From contig JBBIIG010000001.1 in NCBI GenBank assembly GCA_037446635.1, forward strand, positions 117,638-181,637: a DNA stretch of 64,000 nucleotides, in the 5' to 3' direction. Each line of letters opens with the position of its first letter. Position 1 is the first letter of the stretch. This document shows, in pieces, positions 31,738 to 40,153 of this stretch. The translations under genes were made by a program, and so were the position numbers. Origin of the DNA: a bacterium (GTDB taxonomy: Bacteria > Zhuqueibacterota > Zhuqueibacteria > Oceanimicrobiales > Oceanimicrobiaceae). The notes under the pieces are model-generated. The model was not told the DNA's origin and made no database searches. It worked only from the letters and a program-made list of their open reading frames with translations.

Positions 31738-31830
31738 TTACGGGCTTGATTGGCGCGTAGCCTTCCCACTATTGGCCGGATACCAATACCAGTAATACCA
31801 ATAATTTTTCGTGGAAAGATTCAGCGTCAT
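31738..31830 (-). CDS. trpL: Trp/Tyr-rich leader peptide, 30 aa (MTLNLSTKNYWYYWYWYPANSGKATRQSSP)
   Basis: Manual translation: eight consecutive Tyr/Trp codons, lying between a promoter and the terminator ahead of trpE. Confidence 0.88.
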   Translation of the reverse strand: MTLNLSTKNYWYYWYWYPANSGKATRQSSP

Positions 31831-31854
31831 TTTATACCCAAAAAATTTAAGGCG

Positions 31855-31883
31855 AATATAACGAAAGCTGAGAATTTTGTCAA
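31855..31883 (-). promoter_or_regulatory. Sigma70-type promoter of the trp-aro operon
   Basis: TTGACA-N17-TATATT, 24 nt upstream of the leader ATG. Confidence 0.75.
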
Positions 31884-31884
31884 G

Positions 31885-32829
31885 CTAATTTTGCTGTGCT
31901 GGCGGTTTTGGTGGCTCGGCCGCCTTTTTATCGAGCGCGTTCAAACTTCCTACTAAAACTTTTTGGACGGTCACCGGCTCCACGACGTGCCACTGCTGGA
32001 GCTTTTCTAATTTCTTCACTTTCGCGATCGCGGCGTTAATTTCCGCTTGCAGCGCGTGATTTTGTTGCATCGCGATGACGGCGTGCAACGAATCCAACTG
32101 CGCGTTCAGCTTTTCCTGCGCAATGGCCAATTCATCGGCAAAGTTCTGCTGCCAGGCCAGCAGACGTTTTTCCTCCAACTTATTCAGCTCCTGCTTCCAG
32201 AGCCAAAAATTTTGCGAGTTGAGCTCATGCTTGAGATCGGGATCGGCGTTCAAGCGAATGCCGTCGGAGATTTCATAGCGCAGGTTGCGGACGAACGTGC
32301 GCTGTTTCGCCGGGTCGGCGTCGCAACTGCTTTTAATTTTTGAATTAAAAACGCACACCATTTCCAGTTTCTTTCCCACTTCTTGCAACCGTTGCTGCAA
32401 AACTTTCTGGCTTATTTTATGCGCACGAACTTTCGCCGGTGGAGTTGCCGCGACGCCTTCGTGCCCGGCGATTGCCGGCAGTAGATTGGCGTCGTGGTAG
32501 GCGAGATTCAAAATGATTTCCGCATCCGCGACGCTGATTTGAGTGTCGAGGTTGCTGGCGTTGAGGATTCCCACCGCAATCCGTTCGACCTGCTCCGGCT
32601 GGATTTCGCCGCGGTGGGCGCGTTCAACAATTGTCTGCCATTTGTTGGCTATGATCTCCCGCTCTGCGCCCGCCGGCAGCAGAGCAAGAAACTGCTGGCC
32701 AAGCAACTGCAGCGAACGGTCAAAAACGTTGTCACGGAATTGTTGATTGTCGGACACGACAAAATAAATGATCGCCGATAACAGCAGCACACCGGCAATC
32801 ACTGCAATATTTTTGAAAATGCCTGCCAA
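31885..32829 (-). CDS. Hypothetical protein with N-terminal membrane anchor, mostly helical
   Basis: Probable TTG start at 32829 after GGAGG; hydrophobic IAVIAGVLLLSAIIYFVV; C-terminal coiled coil. Confidence 0.7.
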   Translation of the reverse strand: MAGIFKNIAVIAGVLLLSAIIYFVVSDNQQFRDNVFDRSLQLLGQQFLALLPAGAEREIIANKWQTIVERAHRGEIQPEQVERIAVGILNASNLDTQISVADAEIILNLAYHDANLLPAIAGHEGVAATPPAKVRAHKISQKVLQQRLQEVGKKLEMVCVFNSKIKSSCDADPAKQRTFVRNLRYEISDGIRLNADPDLKHELNSQNFWLWKQELNKLEEKRLLAWQQNFADELAIAQEKLNAQLDSLHAVIAMQQNHALQAEINAAIAKVKKLEKLQQWHVVEPVTVQKVLVGSLNALDKKAAEPPKPPAQQN

Positions 32830-32903
32830 GGCTACCTCCCGATTTATTTGAAATGAAATCAGCTTAAAATACTTTGCGGCGAAAGAAAAGGTTCCACGCC
32901 ATT

Positions 32904-34676
32904 TCAGTGGCGGCGGAAGCGGCGATCGAGCTCGTCGAGCGACAGAGTGATGATCACCGGGCGGCCGTGCGGGCAAAAATAGGGCTCGCGGGTGGCGAAA
33001 AGCTGATCTATGAGAGCGTTCATGGCGTCCAGGGTGAGCGGGTCGCCGGCGCGAATGGCAGAATGGCAGGCAAACGACTTGGCGACGTTGTCGCGAATAT
33101 CGGCGCTGTCTTTTTTTTCGCGCTTGAAGTCGTCCAAAATATCGAGCAGCATTTTTTCATCGTTGTAAATGCGCAGTCCGGAGGGCACGCCCTCTACCAC
33201 CACGGTATTTTTTCCAAACGCTTTAATGATAAAGCCGATGCGCTCCAAAAACGGGATGATATCCAGCAACAGCGAGTAATCTTCCGCCGAAAGCTCGACG
33301 ACTTGCGGAAACAGCAATTGCTGCGAAGCCGGCTGGCGGCGCTCGAAATGGTCCAGCGCCTGCTCGTACAAAATGCGCTCGTGCGCCACGTGCTGGTCGA
33401 TGATGATCAACCCGCTTTTGATTTGCGAGACGATATACTTGTTGTGAATTTGCCAAACGTTGGTGCGCTCAAAAATTTCTTTGCTGCGTTGCGTTGCAGG
33501 AACCACCGTCGCTCGCGGTTGCTCTTGGTGATGAAGAAACGACGGCGGCGCCCAAATTTTTTCCGCCTCTTTGTTCACACTGGCCGCGCTAAAATCGAAT
33601 TTATTTTGACGCGGCTCTACATTCACGGCGGAGGCAAACGCCGGATTCTCGAGATTTTGAAATTTGGACAACTCCGGCGCGACCGCGTGAGAAGTCAGCG
33701 CGCGCTTGATGGCGCCGCGCACCGTGCTGAACACCAGCGCCTCGTTGGCAAATTTGATCTCCATTTTGGTGGGATGAACGTTGACGTCGGCGTGGTCGGG
33801 CGGCATCGCAATAAAAATCAAGTACACTGGAAAATAGCCGCGCGGCAGGATGTCGCCGTACGCCGAAATGGCGGCGTAGTTGAGACTTTTGTTGGAAAAA
33901 TAACGGCGATTGAAAAACAGATATTGATCGCCGCGCGAGCTGCGCATCGTGTCCTGGTTGCCGATGAAACCGCTAATCGAAATTTCTCCTCCGTTGGAAA
34001 TAGGAATGAGATTTTTTTGAATGCGCGCTCCCAGCACTGCGCCCACTCGTTCTTCGAGGGATTGCGGCTTCAGCTCCCAAACCAGCTCGCCTTCATTTAC
34101 TAAAGTAAATTGAATTTCCGGGTAGGCCAGGTAAAAGCGGTTCAGCACTGTGAGAATCTGGCGGTATTCGGTGCTGGTGGCGCGCAAAAATTTTCGGCGC
34201 GCCGGCGTGTTGTAAAAAAGATGTTTGACCGAAATGGCCGTGCCCGGCTGGCCCGCGGCCGCGGCTATCTCCTGCATCACGCCGCCCTCGATGTTGAGGG
34301 CGTAACCGGACGATTCGCCCGGCAGCACCGACTTCGCTTCCACGTGCGCCACCGAGGCGATGCTCGCCAGCGCCTCCCCGCGAAATCCCAAAGTTTGAAT
34401 GTTGACGAGATCGTCGTAGCTGAAAATTTTGCTGGTGGCGTGACGCTGAAACGCCAGCAGCAGATCGGCCTGGCTCATCCCGCTGCCGTTGTCCACCACC
34501 TGAATGAGCGCCTTACCGCCCTCTTTGATGATGATGGTGATTTCCGTGGCGCCGGCGTCGATGGCGTTTTCCACCAACTCCTTCACCACCGAGGCCGGTC
34601 GATCCACCACCTCGCCGGCGGCGATCTTGTTGGTGAGATCTTCGGGAAGGATTTTGATTTTGTTATTCTGATTCAT
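32904..34676 (-). CDS. mutL: DNA mismatch repair endonuclease MutL
   Basis: IAAGEVV, KELVENAIDA, GFRGEALASI; endonuclease motifs DQHVAHER, ACH, CPHGRP. Confidence 0.98.
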   Translation of the reverse strand: MNQNNKIKILPEDLTNKIAAGEVVDRPASVVKELVENAIDAGATEITIIIKEGGKALIQVVDNGSGMSQADLLLAFQRHATSKIFSYDDLVNIQTLGFRGEALASIASVAHVEAKSVLPGESSGYALNIEGGVMQEIAAAAGQPGTAISVKHLFYNTPARRKFLRATSTEYRQILTVLNRFYLAYPEIQFTLVNEGELVWELKPQSLEERVGAVLGARIQKNLIPISNGGEISISGFIGNQDTMRSSRGDQYLFFNRRYFSNKSLNYAAISAYGDILPRGYFPVYLIFIAMPPDHADVNVHPTKMEIKFANEALVFSTVRGAIKRALTSHAVAPELSKFQNLENPAFASAVNVEPRQNKFDFSAASVNKEAEKIWAPPSFLHHQEQPRATVVPATQRSKEIFERTNVWQIHNKYIVSQIKSGLIIIDQHVAHERILYEQALDHFERRQPASQQLLFPQVVELSAEDYSLLLDIIPFLERIGFIIKAFGKNTVVVEGVPSGLRIYNDEKMLLDILDDFKREKKDSADIRDNVAKSFACHSAIRAGDPLTLDAMNALIDQLFATREPYFCPHGRPVIITLSLDELDRRFRRH

Positions 34677-34679
34677 ATC

Positions 34680-35369
34680 CTACAACATGCCCGAATCCGC
34701 AAAACTGAAATAACCTTTATCGCCGATGATCACGTGATCCAGCACATTCACTCCTACCACCTGGCACGCCGATTTGAGCAATTTAGTCACGCGCTTGTCC
34801 TCCTCGCTGGGCTCCGGATTGCCGGAGGGGTGGTTGTGAATGAACACCACCGCAGCCGCGGCGTGATTGATGGCCTCTTTGATCACCTCGCGCGGGCTGA
34901 CGATACTTTCCATCAAGCTGCCTTCAAAAAGTGTTTTCTCCGCGATGAGCGTGTTGCGGCTGGTGAGCAGCATCACTTTGAAAACCTCGCGGCTTAAATT
35001 TTTTAGATGCGGGCTGGCGATCTTATACACGTCGTCGCTGCCGTCAATCTTTTCTTTGACACGAACGCTCTCCAGAAAAAATCGTTTCCCTAATTCCAAC
35101 GCGGCTTTGATTTGCGCGGCTTTGGCCTCGCCGATGCCGTTGACCTGGCACAGCTCCGCCACCGAGCGTGCGTCGATGCCGTGGAAGCCGCCAAAGTCCT
35201 GCAGCAGCTTGCGGGCAAGATCGATGGCGGTGGTATCCTGATTGCCCACCCGCAAAAGGATGGCGAGGATTTCGGCGTCGGAGAGCTTGTCGGCGCCAAA
35301 TTTAATCAGACGCTCGCGGGGCCGCTCGTCTTCCGGCCACTCGGGAATTTTGGGTGAATAGCGTGCCAT
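34680..35369 (-). CDS. radC: RadC family protein (HhH plus JAB domain)
   Basis: RPRERL, LSDAEILAILL, GIGEAKA, HNHPSG..PS.ED, DHVII. Confidence 0.96.
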   Translation of the reverse strand: MARYSPKIPEWPEDERPRERLIKFGADKLSDAEILAILLRVGNQDTTAIDLARKLLQDFGGFHGIDARSVAELCQVNGIGEAKAAQIKAALELGKRFFLESVRVKEKIDGSDDVYKIASPHLKNLSREVFKVMLLTSRNTLIAEKTLFEGSLMESIVSPREVIKEAINHAAAAVVFIHNHPSGNPEPSEEDKRVTKLLKSACQVVGVNVLDHVIIGDKGYFSFADSGML

Positions 35370-35377
35370 CGGAAATT

Positions 35378-35406
35378 AAAAAGCCGCAGTCGTTGGCCGC
35401 GGCTTT
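35378..35406 (-). terminator. Putative intrinsic terminator downstream of the secreted-protein pair
   Basis: Minus strand AAAGCCGCGG...CTGCGGCTTTTT hairpin with U tract. Confidence 0.55.
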
Positions 35407-35426
35407 GTCAAATATTTTTTGGGATT

Positions 35427-35495
35427 TGAAAAATGAAAATGCAAACCTCAAAGTCAAAATTTGAAATTCTCACTTTGCATTTTTCAATTTTCATT
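35427..35495. repeat. AT-rich imperfect inverted repeat (REP-like)
   Basis: TGAAAAATGAAAATGCAAA ... TTTGCATTTTTCAATTTTCA arms in the intergenic gap. Confidence 0.5.
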
Positions 35496-35513
35496 CTGCA
35501 TTGATTTTACGAT

Positions 35514-37457
35514 TTATTGCACCAGCGCCATCTTCCGCGTCGCCACCAAGCGTCCGGATTGCAACCGATAAACATAAATCCCCGAAGACAACTTTTGCCC
35601 GTCGTCGCCGGTGCCATCCCACGTGACCCGATAAAATCCCGGCGGCTGCTCGTCGTTCACCAGCGTTTTCACTTCGTTGCCGAGAACATTGTAGATTTTC
35701 AAAACCGTCCGTTCCCCGGCTGAACTGGCTGGTAATTGATACTGAATTTCAGTGATGGGATTGAATGGGTTGGGAAAATTCTGCGCCAGCATAAACGTTT
35801 CCGGCAAACCAATAGTCGCGGTTACGATGTTGGAGTACTCGAATGCGCCGTCGGTATCGATTTGCCGCAAACGGTAGTCGTACTCGCCTGCCTGCAAATT
35901 GCGATCAACAAATTCATAGCGCGACGGAGACGTGGTGGTGCCGCTGCCAGCGACGAACCCCAACGTGATCCATTCACTCTCGCGAGGTCGGCGCTCGACT
36001 TCAAAACCAAAATTGTTGGTTTCGGTGGCCGTGAGCCATTCGAGATAAACATTTTGCTCCACCACCGTGGCATTGAACGCCACCAGCTCGACTGGCACCG
36101 AGCCAAAGTCCTGCGGCGCAAATTCCAATTGCAGCGGGTTCTGTTCGTTCAAAGCGATCTGGCTGCCGATGCTGCTGTCATATTCCTTCCCCAAAAAATA
36201 TCCCTGGTAGCTCAATGTGAACGGCGGGGTGATGCCGTCGGTAATGTTGATGCCCACGTCGCCGTACGATTTCTTGTCGCCGGTATCGCCGTTGTCGTTC
36301 GCGCTGTTATCTTTGAAATAGAGCTCGCGTTTGCCGCCGACGGTTGGTTGCAGCGGAAAAAGATGAACCGCGGTACCGGGGTTGCCGTTGACATAAATCC
36401 AGTTGCCGCCGGGCAAAACGTTATCCACGGTGCGATTGAGGGTGGTTTCATTGGCCACGCCGTCAATGGCGAACCCGGGTTCCGGATTGTTGGCGCTCAC
36501 GAACTTCATGCCGACGGCGCTGGCGTTGAGATCGAAAGACATTCTCCCGCTCGAGACCGAGGCGTCGCCTAAATCCGGAATTGCGATGCTGACGTTTGCG
36601 GAGTATGGGTAATAAAATATCGGCGGGGTGCTAAAGTTAAGGTTCTGATCTGGAAAAGGAAATGGCACGTCAACATGAAGTGTAGCATCCAATTCGCGAA
36701 TCACCCGGACTCGCCCTTCCTTGAAGCGCACAGAGTCGGATCGCGATGCTTGAAATTGGATATCATCTTCGTCGATATTGACGCCCACCACCAGCGTCGC
36801 CCGAGAGCGAAACTTCAGTCGGTCGAGCAGATCGACGCCGCTGCCGCCGGCGGCAACCGGGATCATCAAATCTTCAGGGAAGCCATTTTTGCCGTTGGTC
36901 AATTCATAAAATTGCGAGACGATTTTATCCCTCGCAATATCCGCGCTGGTGGATTTGAAATATTGAATGTAATCGGCGAGATTTGGAGAAAGGCTCAGCG
37001 TGCGCGAGCGATATAAATAGACCCAGGCGGTTTTGCCGGAAAGAGGATCGATCAGCTTGATTTCATAGCGCACGAAGCCCCGCGAATCGAGATCGTCGAT
37101 CCACGAGAACGTGTTGCGGTCGCCGGCGTCTTTGGCCATGAACACCAATTCGTCGTTATCGTCTAGCCCCGCCACTTCATCGATGTTGGGATTGAAGTAT
37201 TTGCCGGCGCTATTTTTTTCATCGAACTGAAACGGGATGGGTTCCCAGAGGTTTGCGCCGCTGCGGTAGGCAAAAAGGAATAGTTCCTCGTCGGGCGTCA
37301 CCGCTGCGCCGACAAACTCCGGAAAAACTTCGCCGGAGATGATCACTGGCTCAAAATTTCTGTCGAGGGTTTTGAGCTGCGCCATCGTGGGGGCAGCGCA
37401 GAGAAACAACACCAAGCCGCCAGCGAAGGCATGAATTCGCATCGCGATCGGGTACAT
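35514..37457 (-). CDS. Secreted protein, unknown N-terminal domain, T9SS-type/FlgD-Ig C-terminal domain (paralog A)
   Basis: Signal peptide; PVELVAF, TATETNNFGFEVER, LAQNFPNPFNP, KIYNVLG.EV, WDG..D.G..LSSGIYVYRL. Confidence 0.88.
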   Translation of the reverse strand: MYPIAMRIHAFAGGLVLFLCAAPTMAQLKTLDRNFEPVIISGEVFPEFVGAAVTPDEELFLFAYRSGANLWEPIPFQFDEKNSAGKYFNPNIDEVAGLDDNDELVFMAKDAGDRNTFSWIDDLDSRGFVRYEIKLIDPLSGKTAWVYLYRSRTLSLSPNLADYIQYFKSTSADIARDKIVSQFYELTNGKNGFPEDLMIPVAAGGSGVDLLDRLKFRSRATLVVGVNIDEDDIQFQASRSDSVRFKEGRVRVIRELDATLHVDVPFPFPDQNLNFSTPPIFYYPYSANVSIAIPDLGDASVSSGRMSFDLNASAVGMKFVSANNPEPGFAIDGVANETTLNRTVDNVLPGGNWIYVNGNPGTAVHLFPLQPTVGGKRELYFKDNSANDNGDTGDKKSYGDVGINITDGITPPFTLSYQGYFLGKEYDSSIGSQIALNEQNPLQLEFAPQDFGSVPVELVAFNATVVEQNVYLEWLTATETNNFGFEVERRPRESEWITLGFVAGSGTTTSPSRYEFVDRNLQAGEYDYRLRQIDTDGAFEYSNIVTATIGLPETFMLAQNFPNPFNPITEIQYQLPASSAGERTVLKIYNVLGNEVKTLVNDEQPPGFYRVTWDGTGDDGQKLSSGIYVYRLQSGRLVATRKMALVQ

Positions 37458-37517
37458 GATCCCCTCCCTTGCTGAGATGCTAAGATGTGAAGCGGTTTTG
37501 CGGGCAGGCGAAAGATT

Positions 37518-39425
37518 TTACTGCACGAAAACCATTTTCCTGGTTTCGACAAAATGCCCAGACTGGAGGCGATAGATGTAAATACCCGAAGATGCGGTGC
37601 GGCCCGATTTGTCTTTTCCGTCCCAGGTGACAGAGTAATAACCGGGCGCCTCTTCCTTGTCAACTAAGGTGCGAATCTCCTCTCCCAGGAGATTATAAAT
37701 TTTTAGAACGGTGCGCGCCGAGCCGGAAGCTTGCCCCGCAACAGCGGCGATTTGATATTGAATTTCCGTCGATGGATTGAACGGATTAGGAAAATTTTGC
37801 AGCAGCGCAAACGTCTCCGGCAAGCCGACGGCGGCGCTAATGATGTCGCTGTATTCAAACGAGCCGTCGAGATCGAGCATCTTCAAACGATAGTCGTAGC
37901 TGCCGGCCGCCAACCCGCGGTCTTCAAAACGATAGCTGCTGACAGTGCGGCTGGTGCCGCTTCCTGGCACAAAAGCGAGGCTCTGCCATTCGCGGACACT
38001 GTGGGCGCGCCGCTCGATTTCAAAGCCGGCGTTGTTGACTTCGCTGGCAGTAACCCAGTTTAAAACGACGCTGTTTTTTTCCACTGAGAGGGAAAAGGAG
38101 GTGAGGGCCACCGCACCGAAGATGAATGGCTGCGCCGTGGTGTTCACGTCGAATGGGCTGCGCTCGAACGCGGCGATTTGCGCGCCGACGCTGCTGGGTT
38201 GATCGCTGCTTAGGAAGTAGCCAATATATTTAAAAGTCGCGGGCGGTGTGATTCCTCCGGAGATATCGTTGCCGATGTCGCCGTAAGACAAGCTATCGCC
38301 GGTATCGGATGTGTTCGGCGTCTTATCATCTTTATAGTAAAGCATACGGGCGTTGCCAACTGATTTTGATAGCGGAAAGAGATGCACAATCGTGCCCTGC
38401 GGCGAACCGCTGATGTACATCCAGTTGTTGTTAGGCAGCACGCTGTCGATCTCTTTGTTAGGACTATCTGGTACACCGTCGATGGTGAAACCGGGTTCCG
38501 GGTTGTTGGCGCTAACGAATTTCATGCCGGTGGCGTTGGCGTTGAGGTCGAAGGACATGCGGCCGGAGTCAACGGTTATTCCAACATCGGGAACGTCGAG
38601 CTGAACTACGGTCGAATAGGGATAATAAAAAAATGGTGGAGTGACATAATCAAACGTAAATACAAAAACTGTAATGGTAACATCCACCGCTCGGATAACG
38701 CGGATTAATCCCTCCTTGCGAAAAACATCGTCGCCCTGTTGGGCGTTGACGTTAAAATTATTCTCAGTAATATCACTGCCAAAAGCGCGCGAGCGGAATT
38801 TTAATACGTCCAACAAATCCTCGTTATTCCCCCCGCCCGCGTTTGTGATCTTTAAATCTTTCGGAAAACCGTTGGTGGAGTGGGCGATTTCGTAATACAA
38901 AGAACGAACCGTGTCCTGTCCGGCGTTGCCAGTGGTTGATGAGAAATAGGAAACGTAATCGGTGAGATTGGGATCGAGAATCAACGAGTTGGAGCGATAG
39001 AGATACACCCAGGCCTGGCCGCCGGCCGCGAGGGTATCCGCGACTTCGATTTCATAGCGAATGAAGTTAAGAGAATTGCCGTCATCAATCCAGTTGCTGC
39101 CATCGGCGCGGTCGCCGGCGTCGCGGGCCATGAAGACCAGTTCGTCATTGGCGTCCAGCCCTGTCACCTGATCGGCGATAAAATAACTGCCCGAGGTATC
39201 GCGCTCGTCAAATTGAAACGGAATTTGCTGCCAAAGGCCGTCGCGAAAAGCGAATAAAAATAACTCCCCCAGATTCGCGCCGGTGAAATCGGTTAATTTT
39301 TCGCCCGCCACCACCACCGGCTCGAGGTTTCGTTCAAGAGATTTGGGTTGGCTGAACGCGCCGGCTGAGTAGATTAAAAAGAGCGAAGTGAAAACAATAC
39401 GGGCATAGCATCTCCTTGAGAACAT
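37518..39425 (-). CDS. Secreted protein, unknown N-terminal domain, T9SS-type/FlgD-Ig C-terminal domain (paralog B)
   Basis: Signal peptide; TASEVNNAGFEIER, LLQNFPNPFNPST, WDGKDKSG..ASSGIYIYRL; colinear with paralog A. Confidence 0.88.
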   Translation of the reverse strand: MFSRRCYARIVFTSLFLIYSAGAFSQPKSLERNLEPVVVAGEKLTDFTGANLGELFLFAFRDGLWQQIPFQFDERDTSGSYFIADQVTGLDANDELVFMARDAGDRADGSNWIDDGNSLNFIRYEIEVADTLAAGGQAWVYLYRSNSLILDPNLTDYVSYFSSTTGNAGQDTVRSLYYEIAHSTNGFPKDLKITNAGGGNNEDLLDVLKFRSRAFGSDITENNFNVNAQQGDDVFRKEGLIRVIRAVDVTITVFVFTFDYVTPPFFYYPYSTVVQLDVPDVGITVDSGRMSFDLNANATGMKFVSANNPEPGFTIDGVPDSPNKEIDSVLPNNNWMYISGSPQGTIVHLFPLSKSVGNARMLYYKDDKTPNTSDTGDSLSYGDIGNDISGGITPPATFKYIGYFLSSDQPSSVGAQIAAFERSPFDVNTTAQPFIFGAVALTSFSLSVEKNSVVLNWVTASEVNNAGFEIERRAHSVREWQSLAFVPGSGTSRTVSSYRFEDRGLAAGSYDYRLKMLDLDGSFEYSDIISAAVGLPETFALLQNFPNPFNPSTEIQYQIAAVAGQASGSARTVLKIYNLLGEEIRTLVDKEEAPGYYSVTWDGKDKSGRTASSGIYIYRLQSGHFVETRKMVFVQ

Positions 39426-39479
39426 CTTTCCACCTTACCCCTTTCTAAAAAATTGACCAAAAACTGTAAACGGAGGGAA

Positions 39480-39818
39480 CTACTTAAAGCTTGCGATCGC
39501 CTCTTCGACGCTGTCGAAGGTTTCAAAAATGGTGATGAGTTTGGTAATCATAAACAGGCTTTGAACCTTGTCGGTGACGTTCGTCAACTTCAATTCGCCG
39601 CCGGCCGATTTCGTGGTGGTCAGCGACCCCATCAACGCGCCCAAGCCGGAGCTGTTCATCCACTTCACCTTCCCCAAATCGACCACGATTTTTTTAATAT
39701 TCTTGCCCACCAACTCCTTGACCTTTTCGTGAACTTCCATGGTCTCCGGACCACCCATCAGTTTTCCCGACAGCGTCAGTATCCCCACGTCACCTTGAAT
39801 CTTTTCTCTGATTGCCAT
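39480..39818 (-). CDS. Anti-sigma factor antagonist (STAS)
   Basis: LSGKLMGG and WMNSSGLGAL; start at ATG 39818 after AGGAGG. Confidence 0.92.
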   Translation of the reverse strand: MAIREKIQGDVGILTLSGKLMGGPETMEVHEKVKELVGKNIKKIVVDLGKVKWMNSSGLGALMGSLTTTKSAGGELKLTNVTDKVQSLFMITKLITIFETFDSVEEAIASFK

Positions 39819-39880
39819 ACGATTTTTCCTCCTGCTCTCCCTTATGATAAACACCATTTTGGGTGGAAAATTTTAAGGCC

Positions 39881-39909
39881 AATGTAACATTATTTTAGAA
39901 GGATGTCAA
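39881..39909 (-). promoter_or_regulatory. Putative sigma70-type promoter of the STAS gene
   Basis: TTGACA-N17-TACATT. Confidence 0.6.
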
Positions 39910-39960
39910 CAGAATTTTTTCGCTTGATTTTTTTTGAGTTTTGACGATAAGGTTATAAAC

Positions 39961-40020
39961 GGATTTCATGTTCTCCCTCCTCCGCGGTCGCCAGTGAAAG
40001 CTGGCGGCCGTTTTTATTTT
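39961..40020 (+). ncRNA. Candidate small RNA with anti-SD segment and intrinsic terminator
   Basis: CATGTTCTCCCTCCTCC followed by a CGGTCGCCAGT-GAAA-GCTGGCGGCCG hairpin and TTTTTATTTT on the + strand between minus-strand genes; possible TTGATT-N18-TAAGGT promoter upstream. Confidence 0.45.
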
Positions 40021-40064
40021 ACCACTCTTCCTCGGAGATCATTAGTAAGGTTGATCAAATAAGA

Positions 40065-40106
40065 TGGAGTATTGGAGTATTGGAGTATTGGAGTATTGGA
40101 GTATTG
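40065..40106. repeat. Tandem octamer repeat (TGGAGTAT)x5
   Basis: Five exact contiguous copies in intergenic DNA. Confidence 0.95.
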
Positions 40107-40153
40107 TAAACAACTGAGACTTTTTTATAACAGTAATGGTCAGACTTCAAAAA

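Noticed and set aside
32874..34103. Long + strand ORFs in the track (e.g. 409 aa opposite mutL; also 4252-5061, 8019-8756, 35736-36572, 41223-42098, 49716-50603, 56452-57315)
   Set aside because: They are antisense shadows of well-supported genes, with no recognisable motifs.
34680..35369. radC as a mobile-element marker
   Set aside because: It is the full-length HhH+JAB chromosomal type, 3 bp from mutL, with no mobility genes nearby.
40065..40106. CRISPR array
   Set aside because: The 8-bp units are contiguous with no spacers, and there are no cas genes.
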